A stretch of DNA of 64,000 bases from an uncultured Bacteroidota bacterium (GTDB taxonomy: Bacteria > Bacteroidota > Ignavibacteria > UBA10030 > UBA6906), in the NCBI GenBank assembly GCA_963700635.1, contig CAVOYH010000004.1, positions 256,001 through 320,000 of the forward strand, written 5' to 3'. Position numbers and translations under genes: made by a program. Below the pieces are notes generated by a model that was not told where the DNA came from, made no database searches, and saw nothing but the letters and a program-made list of their open reading frames with translations. Positions 19,073-29,191 of this stretch are shown here, one piece after another. Positions within the stretch are counted from its first letter, which is position 1, and every line of letters starts with the position of its first letter.

Positions 19073-21565
19073 TCATCGCAGGAGAAGCATTTTTATGCTC
19101 TCCATGAAAGGTGTATGGCCGTCGGCTCCCGTCGGGACGGCAGTAACGCGGCAGATGTAGATGCCGGTCGCCATTGATGCGCCGTCCCAGACATACCGGT
19201 GATATCCCGGCGGGAGCGCCGCCCGGACCAGCACCGCCACTTCTCTCCCGAGTGCGTCGTACACAGACACCGAGATCATGCTGGCAACGGGGAGGCCGAC
19301 CGTTATCGAAGTGCTCGGATTAAACGGGTTTGGATAGTTCTGGCCCAAGAGAAATTCTGATGGGACAGGATCATTCACTGCCGGGATATTCAGGAGTGGA
19401 TCTTTACCTTCTCCGTGCAGAGGGATAGCATACACGCCGGCGCTGGTATGGAGCGAAAGTGTGTCCTCATAGATTTGAATTGCCAGCGGAAGGAAGCGCA
19501 CGGAGAGAAGCAGACTATCGTCCTCCCGGACCACGACCGGGGCATCAACGTTAACTGTGAACGCGCTTCCGCTGACAATCATTCTATCAATCGTTATCGG
19601 GATACCAGACGGATTATGGATCGTCACGGCTCTGACAGCCGAGTCTCCGATGGCAAGAACGCCAAAATCAAGGTCGGGGGCTGAGATGACCAGCGTCGGA
19701 ACCGCCGACATCCCCCGTAATATAACTCTTCGTATGATCCCCTGTAACGAGTCTTCTGATCGTATTTCCAGTGTATCGATCATGCTGCCCAGGGAGTCCG
19801 GACTAAACCGCAGGGGGAGAACGAACGTACCGAGCGCCGGAAGGAGGACAGGCCCCGTTGTATCGGCAGCAAATTGGGTGCTGCGCGTGGGGAAGGATGT
19901 CAGCGTGACGTCATGGGTGGTTGGGTTAGAGATTACCACATGTGTCCGCGCCGTGTCATCGGGCGTACACACGCCGAACAGTACCGTGTCGCGTTGAGGA
20001 ACAAATGCAGTCGTTTGCCAGGGTGCGCTGAAGATACGGTATGTGAACTCAAGCTCGCGCATGTCAAGCTCATACACGACTGTTCCGTTTGGCGTCACCT
20101 CTGCGGCGATGGGATTGGCGGACCCCCAGCCGATCAGGGTGTTGCCGTTGGGGAGCCGCTGCGTACTTCCCATTGCCCACCCCAGAACGGCCTGGTTGGC
20201 ATTGTACTCCCACACCTTGGTTGCGACCCGGGTTGTTTCATCGATCGCATACTCCACCGCCCGGGAATAACCCCGGAAGGTGCCGTTGTCATGGATGGTG
20301 ATGTTACCGTTCGGCAGGTGATAGGCCGTGTGCTGGTGGTCAATCCAGCCTGCATTGTCATGGATGGTAAACTGGTTGTTCTTCCCTCCCAGCCGCCACA
20401 TGATCTCGCCTGTCGAGCGGCTGATTTTTGTGACCTCATCAATGTTCCGGGAAGAGATCATGATGTTGCCGTTCACATCGATATCAATCGAGTTCCCGTG
20501 CACGTAGTCGATTTCCCATGCGGTAAGGTCCTCCTGTGTGGCATCGGTGATCTTCAGGTGATCCCAGCTCCGCCATTCGAACACCACGTTCTTGTCGCGG
20601 TCGATCTCCTGAATGATAAGTCCCCACACAAGCGCCGTCGGGTGGCCTCCGGGAACGACCGTGTCCATGCCGACTGTCTCCGCATCATAACTCATGACGT
20701 ACGCATGTCCGTCGGGCAATACCCGCAGTTCATGTTCGTTTGTTGAATATCCATTACCGCAATAAAACGAATCGGCCATGTGGTATGCGCTGTCGAGCCC
20801 GTAGAAGACCTGCGCGTATTCGTCAAAATACGTCAGGAGTCCATTGGGTTGGACCTTAAAATCCCAGGCGAAGGCCTTCCGGTAGAATGCGGGGGATCCG
20901 TCACGATAGAGAATCATCATGTATTGCGGCGTTGAGTCCGGTCCCCATGAGAAGTTGCCGAGGAACAATGGATCTCCCGTCGGAGTGTTATTGCGGAGAA
21001 CGCGGATCGGGGGAAAATCCGGAGGCAGTTCGCCTGTGGCGTTACCCGGATACGCCCGGTCGTTTGCTCCGATACTCTGCCGTGGTGCCCGGTGTGACTG
21101 TAGTGCACTGCTGCCCGGCCGCGGAGCATGGCGGGCCTTTCGGATTTCCCTTGTCGAGGTTACAAATGTATAGGAAAGCCCGGAGATCACGTGACCGGTC
21201 GTTGTTCGTAAGCCCCCGCCGATATGCACATGAACCGTCTCGGCCTGCATAAATGCTGGATCGGGAATGCACACGACCGTCACGCCATCATCGGAGAGTT
21301 TTGTGGTAACACGATGGACACCGCTTTTTGAGCCCAGCGCCGACACGCGCAGTTCGCCGAGGCTGGCGGCAGCGATGGGCGCTCCCTGACGGAAAGCGAT
21401 CGTCGTGCCTGGATTAACCCGGGTTGCGCCCGGGAGCGGAGAAACATAATCAAACGAGGGGATTCTCGCAGAGTCCGGAAGGACGTCAGGGGGGAAGAAC
21501 AGGGGAAGACAGAGCACCATACAGGCGGAAACCGGACGTACGATGTTCACTGATCGAACAGCCAT
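19073..21565 (-). CDS. Aryl-sulfate sulfotransferase (ASST-like) paralog with two ASH/choice-of-anchor-D-like Ig domains and T9SS CTD
   Basis: NEHEL, FEWRSWD, DYVHGN, DHQH, HDNG, GSTQRLPNGNTLIGWG; two (L/D)FG.....D.A....I.NP repeats; CTD. Confidence 0.85.
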   Translation of the reverse strand: MAVRSVNIVRPVSACMVLCLPLFFPPDVLPDSARIPSFDYVSPLPGATRVNPGTTIAFRQGAPIAAASLGELRVSALGSKSGVHRVTTKLSDDGVTVVCIPDPAFMQAETVHVHIGGGLRTTTGHVISGLSYTFVTSTREIRKARHAPRPGSSALQSHRAPRQSIGANDRAYPGNATGELPPDFPPIRVLRNNTPTGDPLFLGNFSWGPDSTPQYMMILYRDGSPAFYRKAFAWDFKVQPNGLLTYFDEYAQVFYGLDSAYHMADSFYCGNGYSTNEHELRVLPDGHAYVMSYDAETVGMDTVVPGGHPTALVWGLIIQEIDRDKNVVFEWRSWDHLKITDATQEDLTAWEIDYVHGNSIDIDVNGNIMISSRNIDEVTKISRSTGEIMWRLGGKNNQFTIHDNAGWIDHQHTAYHLPNGNITIHDNGTFRGYSRAVEYAIDETTRVATKVWEYNANQAVLGWAMGSTQRLPNGNTLIGWGSANPIAAEVTPNGTVVYELDMRELEFTYRIFSAPWQTTAFVPQRDTVLFGVCTPDDTARTHVVISNPTTHDVTLTSFPTRSTQFAADTTGPVLLPALGTFVLPLRFSPDSLGSMIDTLEIRSEDSLQGIIRRVILRGMSAVPTLVISAPDLDFGVLAIGDSAVRAVTIHNPSGIPITIDRMIVSGSAFTVNVDAPVVVREDDSLLLSVRFLPLAIQIYEDTLSLHTSAGVYAIPLHGEGKDPLLNIPAVNDPVPSEFLLGQNYPNPFNPSTSITVGLPVASMISVSVYDALGREVAVLVRAALPPGYHRYVWDGASMATGIYICRVTAVPTGADGHTPFMESIKMLLLR

Positions 21566-21817
21566 GGTCAGAACAGCTTTCGGCTAAGAGTATGATAAAG
21601 TTTGCGGCCGTAGGTCGCATGGAATCTCCCCCTCCCCCGCTTCGAATATACCAAAACTTGCGCTGGTATACGGCCGTGATATGCCAATCAACGTACAAAA
21701 AAAAGGTGCCATCGAATATGGGGATGCCCGTTGCTTTTCGGGGCAAAACAAAATACCTTATATTGGCCATAAACCCACAGTATTAGCATGATTGACGTCG
21801 TTGGGGGGGAACAGAAA

Positions 21818-22054
21818 ATGGTATCTCAGCGCTTTGTCGTGTTTGTTGTCTTGATAGCCGCCGTGTCCGTGGTCCCGCAGATGCTCACTGGCCAGACATC
21901 CTGGCTGAGGTCTCCGGACTATCTGCTTCCCGAATCGGGGTTGGTTGAGCCGTCGCTTCTCTACAACAGCTCCGGCCTTCAGAGTGGAGTGTATTTCTAT
22001 CGCCTGCAGACTGGAAACTTCATTTCAATAAAACGGATGATGATTCTGAGATGA
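21818..22054 (+). pseudogene. Internally deleted T9SS cargo gene remnant (signal peptide fused to the last ~28 aa of a CTD)
   Basis: MVSQRFVVFVVLIAAVSVVPQMLTG-QTSW...EPSLLYN joined directly to SSGLQSGVYFYRLQTGNFISIKRMMILR; the QNYPNPF half of the CTD is missing. Confidence 0.7.
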
Positions 22055-22072
22055 TACGAAAGATCTCGGCAC

Positions 22073-22979
22073 GTGCTTAGAAACCTGGAAGTCCTTCTTA
22101 ACACACGGCTCTTCGTGCTGGGCGGTACCGAGTTTACGGCGTGGACCGTGCTCTATGTGGCCCTCCTCGTCATCGTGTTGATCCTCATCTCTCGATGGCT
22201 CAAACGGTGGCTGGTCCACAAGATTCTCGCGCGGAGAGAGATTGACATAGGTGTGCGCCAGGCGTTCGCAGCGATCATCCAGTATCTCTTTCGTGCTTAT
22301 CGGCGTTCTTGTTATCCTGGGCACTGCGGGGATTGATCTCACCACGTTGAACGTCCTTGCAGGAGCCGTCGGTATTGGTGTCGGATTCGGGCTGCAAACC
22401 ATAACGAACAACTTCATCAGTGGGCTGATCATCCTGTTTGAACGCCCGGTGAAGGTGGGTGACAGGATTCAGGTGGGGGATGTGACCGGCGATGTTGTCC
22501 GGATCGGCGCCCGGGCAACGACGATCAGAACCAACGATAATATTGAGATCATTGTTCCGAATGCTGATTTTATCTCCTCTCAGGTGATCAACTGGAGTCA
22601 TTCGGACAGGGAGGTGCGATTGCACATTCCCGTGGGCGTTTCGTACTCTTCCAACCCGGAGGAAGTGCGCGATATTCTCCTCGAGGTTGCCGCGTCGCAT
22701 CATGGGGTCCTCACGCATCCACCGCCTGATGTAGTTTTTATGGAGTTTGGTGACAGTTCATTGAACTTCGATCTGAGAGTATGGACGAGCGACTACATTA
22801 CCAAACCAAAAATCCTCCGCAGCGACCTGAATTTTGCGATCCGGAAGGAATTTCGGTCACGGGGAGTCGAAATCCCATTCCCACAGCGTGACATTCACGT
22901 AAGGTCGGGAGGGCTTGTTCTCCATAAGGAGAGCAGAAGGACGCTCCCGATTTACACTACTAGAAAGAAATCTCCATGA
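22073..22979 (+). CDS. mscS: Small-conductance mechanosensitive channel MscS (frameshifted at ~22290)
   Basis: ORFs 22073-22336 and 22251-22979 join if one T is removed from CTCTTTCGTG; GIGVGFGLQ...NFISGLIILFERP..VGD, IIVPN, IPFPQRD. Confidence 0.85.
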
Positions 22980-24952
22980 GAAACGTAACGGGAAAGTGGT
23001 TTTCCTGCCGGGTGTTGCTGTACACAACTTTCGCGATGGTGTTCTTTCACGCGAACAGTGTTCTCGCGCAAACCGACTCGCTGGCGATGCAGCGTCCCCC
23101 TCAGGGTGCGCCGGTATTGATGGAGGGTGACACACTGTTTTTTGTCCGGGCAAGCCTCGGACCTTTTACGCCTGAGGTGAGGGCAGCCGCGATCAATGAG
23201 AAGCTCAGTTTGATTGTCAAACAGGGGAAAGGTGATTCCCTTGTTGTTGTGGAGACAGGCGCGGGGTCAAATATCATGTCAGACAGCGTCGTGATCATGG
23301 CAGTCACTGATGACGATGCCGTTCTGGCGGGTTTGCCGCGCGCGGAAGTTGCCGCAGGGTACGCTGCCATCCTGGGGAAGCATATACGCGGCGACATTGA
23401 CCGGTACAGCTCAAAATCTCTCCTTGTCGGCAGCGGAATTACCGTCGGCCTCCTCCTGATCCTTGTACTCGCTTTCTGGGGGATGCGCAAGGTGTTTCCC
23501 CTTCTGTACGCCAAACTGGAGTTGTGGGAGGGGAGCGTCATCAGACCGATCCGGTTCCGGTCGCAGGAGATTCTGAGTGCCGAGAGCATATCGGCCTTCT
23601 TTATCGTGCTGGTCAAGGGTGTTCGACTCGCTATCACGCTCGCCCTCATCTATTTCTTCATAACGTATACACTTTCACTCTTTCCCTGGACGCAGCGCTG
23701 GAATGTCAAGCCTGTGCTCATCGGGATCTTTCTCAGCATCCTTACCACCACGGCGGCGTTTGTCCTGTTGAAGGCGATAAACTCCTTCTTCGGGATGTTG
23801 ATCGGAAAGATTGGTGGTTGGAAGGGGACCGTCATAAAGTCGGTCAAGCTAAAAACGGTCGAGGTCCTTTCGGAGGAACGGATCGCCGAGATTGTTGAAG
23901 GCGGGTTCAAAATTCTCAAACTGTTCTGCTTCGCTGTGCTCGGCTACTTTTACGTGACGATCCTGTTCAGTTTTTTTGCGTTCACGCAAACATGGGCCGG
24001 GATCTTGTTCGGGTATATCGTCAACCCGCTGTGGGACGTGATCACGTCCTTCGTGAACTATTTACCAAATCTCTTCTTCATTCTCGTTATCGTCTATGTC
24101 ACCCGGTACGTCCTGAAATTTGTGAAACTCATTTTTGACGAGATTGCCAGGGGCACGCTTGCCCTGCCGGGGTTCTATGGTGAATGGGCAGATCCGACGT
24201 ATAAAATCGTCCGATTCCTGATTCTCGCATTTTCCGTCATTGTGATCTTTCCCTATCTTCCGGGATCGGATTCCCCGATCTTTCAAGGCGTGTCGGTATT
24301 CCTGGGCGTGTTGTTTTCGCTCGGCTCGACGTCGGCCATCGCGAATGTCGTGGCAGGCATCGTGCTCACATACATGCGCCCCTTCAGGATCGGTGACCGG
24401 GTAAAAATCGCCGATACGATCGGTGACATAAGGGAGAAGAACCTCCTGGTGACACGGGTCCGGACAATCAAGAATGTGGATATTACGATTCCGAATGCGA
24501 TGGTTCTCAGCAGCCACATCATCAACTTCAGCTCGTCCGCCAAGAATCCGGGACTTATTCTCCACACCGGGGTCACCATCGGGTACGATGTGCCATGGAA
24601 GACGGTACACGAGCTGCTCATTGCCGCGGCCGATGCAACGAGCAATATCCAGAAAGAACCCAAGCCGTACGTGCTGCAGACGAGCCTTGATGACTTTTAT
24701 GTGAGTTATGAGCTAAACGCATACACAAACGAACCAAACACGATGGCGAGAATTTACTCCGAATTGCACCAGAACATCCAGAACAAGTTCAATGAAGCCG
24801 GAGTGGAAATCCTGTCGCCGCATTACGCGGCAGTGAGAGATGGAAATCAGGTGACAATACCGGAACAGTATCTTCCGAAGTCGTATCAGGCGCCTGCGTT
24901 TCGTCTCTTCCCGCTCGGCGATACGGGGAACAAACCACCCCGGCCGGATTAA
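22976..24952 (+). CDS. Large MscS-family channel with periplasmic N-domain and duplicated TM module
   Basis: SLGSTSAIANVVAG...RPF.IGDRVKI, TIPN, EAGVEILSPHY; start overlaps the upstream stop (ATGA). Confidence 0.9.
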   Translation: MRNVTGKWFSCRVLLYTTFAMVFFHANSVLAQTDSLAMQRPPQGAPVLMEGDTLFFVRASLGPFTPEVRAAAINEKLSLIVKQGKGDSLVVVETGAGSNIMSDSVVIMAVTDDDAVLAGLPRAEVAAGYAAILGKHIRGDIDRYSSKSLLVGSGITVGLLLILVLAFWGMRKVFPLLYAKLELWEGSVIRPIRFRSQEILSAESISAFFIVLVKGVRLAITLALIYFFITYTLSLFPWTQRWNVKPVLIGIFLSILTTTAAFVLLKAINSFFGMLIGKIGGWKGTVIKSVKLKTVEVLSEERIAEIVEGGFKILKLFCFAVLGYFYVTILFSFFAFTQTWAGILFGYIVNPLWDVITSFVNYLPNLFFILVIVYVTRYVLKFVKLIFDEIARGTLALPGFYGEWADPTYKIVRFLILAFSVIVIFPYLPGSDSPIFQGVSVFLGVLFSLGSTSAIANVVAGIVLTYMRPFRIGDRVKIADTIGDIREKNLLVTRVRTIKNVDITIPNAMVLSSHIINFSSSAKNPGLILHTGVTIGYDVPWKTVHELLIAAADATSNIQKEPKPYVLQTSLDDFYVSYELNAYTNEPNTMARIYSELHQNIQNKFNEAGVEILSPHYAAVRDGNQVTIPEQYLPKSYQAPAFRLFPLGDTGNKPPRPD

Positions 24953-24982
24953 ACGCAGCGAGCCCAGAACGGAAGTCCTGCA

Positions 24983-26224
24983 TTGACAATCTTTCAGACG
25001 ATCGCCCTGCTGCTGACATTTGCCGCGCTGGCGGGCTATTGTAACCACAAATTTCTGCGGCTCCCCCGGACGATCGGGCTGATGGTCATCGCGCTGTCGT
25101 TGTCGCTGGTGATGGTCATTCTCGGCGCGTTCGGTGTCATCGACCTGGCAGGCGCCACAACATTCGTTCAGGCAATAGATTTCAGCGAGACCCTTTTGCA
25201 CGGGATGCTGGCGTTTCTCCTTTTTGCCGGAGCGCTGCACGTAGATTTGAACGAACTCAGGACTCAGGCGCTGCCGGTTACGGTGCTTGCGACCGTGGGA
25301 GTGATGATCGCCACGTTTATCACGGGATCCTTACTCTGGATCGTTGCGCAGTGGATGGGTATCGGACTTCCGTTTGTCTATGCGCTCCTGTTCGGCGCGC
25401 TGATATCTCCCACGGATCCGATTGCCGTGCTGGGAATTCTGAAGCGTGTGGGTGCTCCGAAAAGTCTCGAGACGAAGATTACCGGCGAATCACTCTTTAA
25501 TGATGGCGTGGGTGTGGTGATATTCCTTACAATTCTGGGGGTCGCGCTTGGCCGTCAGGAGCCGGACATCGGTCAGATTGCAGGATTTTTGCTCAAGGAA
25601 GCTGCCGGAGGAGCCCTGCTTGGTCTGCTCCTCGGCTGGGTGTTCTACCGGCTGCTCAAATCTGTGGACCTTTACCAGGTTGAGGTGCTGCTGACGCTTT
25701 CGCTGGCAGCAGGAGGATATTCCCTGGCTGAAGCCATCCATGTCTCGGCGCCTATTGCCATTGTCGTGGCCGGCCTCTTTATCGGCAACCATGGACGCGC
25801 CTTTGCCATGTCCGAGACAACGCGTGAGCATCTTGACACATTCTGGGAACTGGTGGATGAAATCCTGAATGCCGTTCTTTTTGTCATCATCGGACTGGAA
25901 TTCCTGGCTGTCAGGCTGGATGCCGCCTATCTGATCATCGCACTGTCTGCAATTCTTATCGTGCTGCTTGCCCGGTATGTCAGTGTTGCAGGACTCGTGT
26001 CGGTCATGCGTTTCAGGCACACGTTCAGCAAAGGGGTTACGGAAATATTGACCTGGGGCGGTTTGCGGGGGGGTATCTCCATTGCCCTCGCCCTCTCGAT
26101 ACCGATGGTGCCTGAACGCCAGGTTATCCTTGCGGCGACGTATGTTGTTGTGATTTTTTCAGTCCTCGTGCAGGGGCTGACCATCGGAAGAGTCATTGCT
26201 TCGCGCAATGCTCCTTCAGCGTAA
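24983..26224 (+). CDS. Na+/H+ antiporter, CPA1 (NhaP-like)
   Basis: LLFAGALH, FGALISPTDPIAV, GESLFNDG, WGGLRGGISIALAL; TTG start. Confidence 0.92.
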   Translation: MTIFQTIALLLTFAALAGYCNHKFLRLPRTIGLMVIALSLSLVMVILGAFGVIDLAGATTFVQAIDFSETLLHGMLAFLLFAGALHVDLNELRTQALPVTVLATVGVMIATFITGSLLWIVAQWMGIGLPFVYALLFGALISPTDPIAVLGILKRVGAPKSLETKITGESLFNDGVGVVIFLTILGVALGRQEPDIGQIAGFLLKEAAGGALLGLLLGWVFYRLLKSVDLYQVEVLLTLSLAAGGYSLAEAIHVSAPIAIVVAGLFIGNHGRAFAMSETTREHLDTFWELVDEILNAVLFVIIGLEFLAVRLDAAYLIIALSAILIVLLARYVSVAGLVSVMRFRHTFSKGVTEILTWGGLRGGISIALALSIPMVPERQVILAATYVVVIFSVLVQGLTIGRVIASRNAPSA

Positions 26225-26275
26225 TACAAAGAATGTACACCATATGCCCTTGAACCTCACCCATTGGAGACACCC

Positions 26276-27325
26276 ATGATCAAACCAGCTCACAGATTCC
26301 TTCTTCCTGCCGTTCTGCTCGTCGTGATGATCTTCAGTTCCGTCCATGGACGCGCCCAGGATGACCCGGTGTACGATGAACTCAAAAGCACATTCAAGAA
26401 GAAGTACCTGAGCATCGGCATTCTTTTTCAGGGAGTTGCCGATTTTCAGCTGGAGAGGAGTTTTTCGGGAAACAACGGTTTTAATGTTTCCAACGCGAGG
26501 GTCACTTTCTCAGGGGAACTCGACAACGGCTTCGGGTATCTGCTCAAAACAAACATCATCAAATCTCCTGCGGTTGTTGACGCGAAAATGTATTACACTA
26601 TCACACCCCACCTCAGTGTCGACGTGGGCTTGTTCAAGCCACCGTTCAGCAGGGAATACCTGACAGGCGCCGGTGCTATCGACTTTGTCAACCGGTCTCA
26701 GGTTGTGAGCGCGCTCGCCGGGCGGCGACAAATCGGGGTGCAGCTGCGGGGGACAGGATCCGACAAGGTTGTTTCGTGCGGAGTGGGGATGTTTAATGGT
26801 AATGGATTCGACGGAAACAACAATGATAACAATGAATTCATGTACGTTGCCCGTCTTGCCATATCACCCCGCGTGCCGGGTCAAAGCGAGGGTAACAGCA
26901 GCCTGGAGATTGCCGCAAACGGGGCATTCAGCAACGACAATGGCGCAACAATCGGCTCGGGAGCCATTCCGTTGTTCGACGGACAGCGGTTTGTGTACGG
27001 TGGAGATTTCCGGTGGAGAAGCTACGACTTCCTGTTGAGCGGGGAAGCAATCGGCGCCCGGCTGAAACAACGGGGCGGCAGCACGCATAATCCGTTCGGA
27101 TATCACTGCACGGCCGGGTATATGGTGAGTGGTTCTTCACAGGTTCTCCTCCGGTGGGAGAGTTTTCGCGCGGATGGACTGGCCGCGGACAGCCACCTCC
27201 TTGTATTCGGATACAATCTCTGGCCGACGAGTGTAACCGAATTGCAGGTGAACTATGTCATACCCACGTCACACGGAAATGCGAAGAACCATCAGATCCT
27301 TGTGAATGCACAACTTGAGTTTTGA
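26276..27325 (+). CDS. Outer-membrane porin (OprO/OprP-like)
   Basis: Signal peptide; NAR....G.L, G.FK.PFSRE, RQIG.Q, GMFNG.G; C-terminal F. Confidence 0.75.
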   Translation: MIKPAHRFLLPAVLLVVMIFSSVHGRAQDDPVYDELKSTFKKKYLSIGILFQGVADFQLERSFSGNNGFNVSNARVTFSGELDNGFGYLLKTNIIKSPAVVDAKMYYTITPHLSVDVGLFKPPFSREYLTGAGAIDFVNRSQVVSALAGRRQIGVQLRGTGSDKVVSCGVGMFNGNGFDGNNNDNNEFMYVARLAISPRVPGQSEGNSSLEIAANGAFSNDNGATIGSGAIPLFDGQRFVYGGDFRWRSYDFLLSGEAIGARLKQRGGSTHNPFGYHCTAGYMVSGSSQVLLRWESFRADGLAADSHLLVFGYNLWPTSVTELQVNYVIPTSHGNAKNHQILVNAQLEF

Positions 27326-27334
27326 GAGAGGTCG

Positions 27335-28237
27335 ATGACGGTGGAACAATCTCTGGAACATATCTTTATCGATCCCACGCTGGGAAAGATCGTCGCTGTT
27401 GCGATTGGTATTGCCATCATCCTGACGATCGCCAAGATTCTCAAGCGTACGCTGACGCGGTACATCAAGGAGTCGGATACCCGCTACAGGGTACGGAAAG
27501 TCCTCACCTTCCTTTCCTATCTCGCCATTCTTGTGTTTCTGACCGTGCTTTTCAGCGACCAGCTGGGAGGGCTCACGGTGGCATTCGGTGTGGCAGGTGC
27601 GGGAATAGCATTTGCTCTGCAGGAGGTGATCGCAAGCTTCGCCGGATGGGTTGCAATTTCGTTCGGCGGGTTCTATAAGATCGGCGATCGTGTTCAACTG
27701 GGCGGCATCAAGGGGGATGTGATTGACATCGGTGTGCTCCGCTCAACCGTCATGGAAGTCGGGGAGTGGGTGAAGGGCGACCTGTACAACGGACGTGTCG
27801 TACGGATCGCCAACAGTTTCGTATTCAAGGAACCGGTGTTTAATTACTCGGGTGATTTTCCATTCTTATGGGATGAAATTGTCATTCCGGTAAAATACGG
27901 ATCGGACTATCGTGCTGCCCGGGCCGTGCTTGAGCGTGTGGCTCAGGAAATCACCGGCGACTTTGCCAGGGAGGCCCAGATCTCGTGGAAGACAATGGTT
28001 GATAAGTTTATGATCGAAGATGCCCGCGTGGAACCGTCGGTCACCCTGGTCGCCAATGACAACTGGATGGAATTCACCGTCCGGTACGTTGTGGACTATA
28101 AGAATCGCCGTACGACGAAGGACGTTCTCTTTCAGAGAATTCTGGAAGAGATTGACCGGGCGAAGGGAAAGATCGCTCTTGCATCCGCGACGTTTGAGGT
28201 TGTGGGCATCCCACCGGTAAAGATCAAAAGAACATAG
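27335..28237 (+). CDS. MscS-family mechanosensitive channel
   Basis: GVAGAGIAFALQE....AGW, IGDRV..GGIKGDVIDI, GR.V.I.NS.VF..PV.NYS..FP..WDE. Confidence 0.9.
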   Translation: MTVEQSLEHIFIDPTLGKIVAVAIGIAIILTIAKILKRTLTRYIKESDTRYRVRKVLTFLSYLAILVFLTVLFSDQLGGLTVAFGVAGAGIAFALQEVIASFAGWVAISFGGFYKIGDRVQLGGIKGDVIDIGVLRSTVMEVGEWVKGDLYNGRVVRIANSFVFKEPVFNYSGDFPFLWDEIVIPVKYGSDYRAARAVLERVAQEITGDFAREAQISWKTMVDKFMIEDARVEPSVTLVANDNWMEFTVRYVVDYKNRRTTKDVLFQRILEEIDRAKGKIALASATFEVVGIPPVKIKRT

Positions 28238-28287
28238 ACGCTTTCACGATAATTGAACTGTTTCGTTTCACATGAACGGGTGCGACC

Positions 28288-29142
28288 ATGCTAAATTATC
28301 AAATCAAGAATATCCTTGTCCCGACTGATTTTTCCGTCAGTGCCAGCTACGCGATGCAGCATGCGGAGCTGATTGCAAAACGGACCAAGGCCAGGATCAC
28401 ACTTGTGCACGTGATCGAACCGGTGAATGACGGGGTTGGGACCAGCGGCATGCTGGGTGTCGCAAAACAGATGGAAGAGAAGTTGCAGAAAGAAAGAAAA
28501 CGGAAACTCGCGCGGGTCGCGCACGCGGCAAAAAAACGATCGGCCGTAATCGTGGACAGTGTCGTCGTGGTGGGTCGTATCACAGCGATGCTCTCAAAGG
28601 CGATCACGGAAATGAACGCTGACCTTGTCGTCATGGGAACGCATGGTGTAAGCGGGTTTGTAGAAAACCTCCTGGGGAGCAACACGTACCGGGTCGCTTC
28701 ACTGACAAAAGTCCCGTTATTAAGTGTGCATAAGAAGATAGGCCCTGCCGGATACAAACATATCGTGTATCCCGTCCGTGACTACGCGCGTGTCCTCAAG
28801 AAGCTGGATCACACGATTCTGTTCGCCCGTCTTTTCAAGGCAAGGGTCCATATCATCGGACTTCTCAAACCCGGCCAGAAGGAGCACGAGAATGAAATGC
28901 GATCGCAGTGCACGTCGGTTCAGAAACGGTTTGCCGAGAATAAGATTACGGCGGAAATAACCTACACCTCCGACAGCTTCTTCCCGGAGGCGGCCATCCG
29001 GTTTGCCCACACGCATCCAGCTTCTCTGGTCGTAACGGTACAGGATGCAGACTTCCATCTCGTTGAGCTGTTCCAGGGAACATTTACAAAAAGAGTGCTT
29101 CATAAGATCCTTGCTCCGGTGCTCACCGTCCCGGGCAACTGA
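28288..29142 (+). CDS. Universal stress protein (tandem USP)
   Basis: ILVPTDFS, ADLVVMGTHG.SG....LGS.T; second degenerate USP domain. Confidence 0.92.
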   Translation: MLNYQIKNILVPTDFSVSASYAMQHAELIAKRTKARITLVHVIEPVNDGVGTSGMLGVAKQMEEKLQKERKRKLARVAHAAKKRSAVIVDSVVVVGRITAMLSKAITEMNADLVVMGTHGVSGFVENLLGSNTYRVASLTKVPLLSVHKKIGPAGYKHIVYPVRDYARVLKKLDHTILFARLFKARVHIIGLLKPGQKEHENEMRSQCTSVQKRFAENKITAEITYTSDSFFPEAAIRFAHTHPASLVVTVQDADFHLVELFQGTFTKRVLHKILAPVLTVPGN

Positions 29143-29191
29143 CCGAGCAGTCAGCTGTTGCCCGTTTCGATTACATCCAGGAGTTTTCTCT

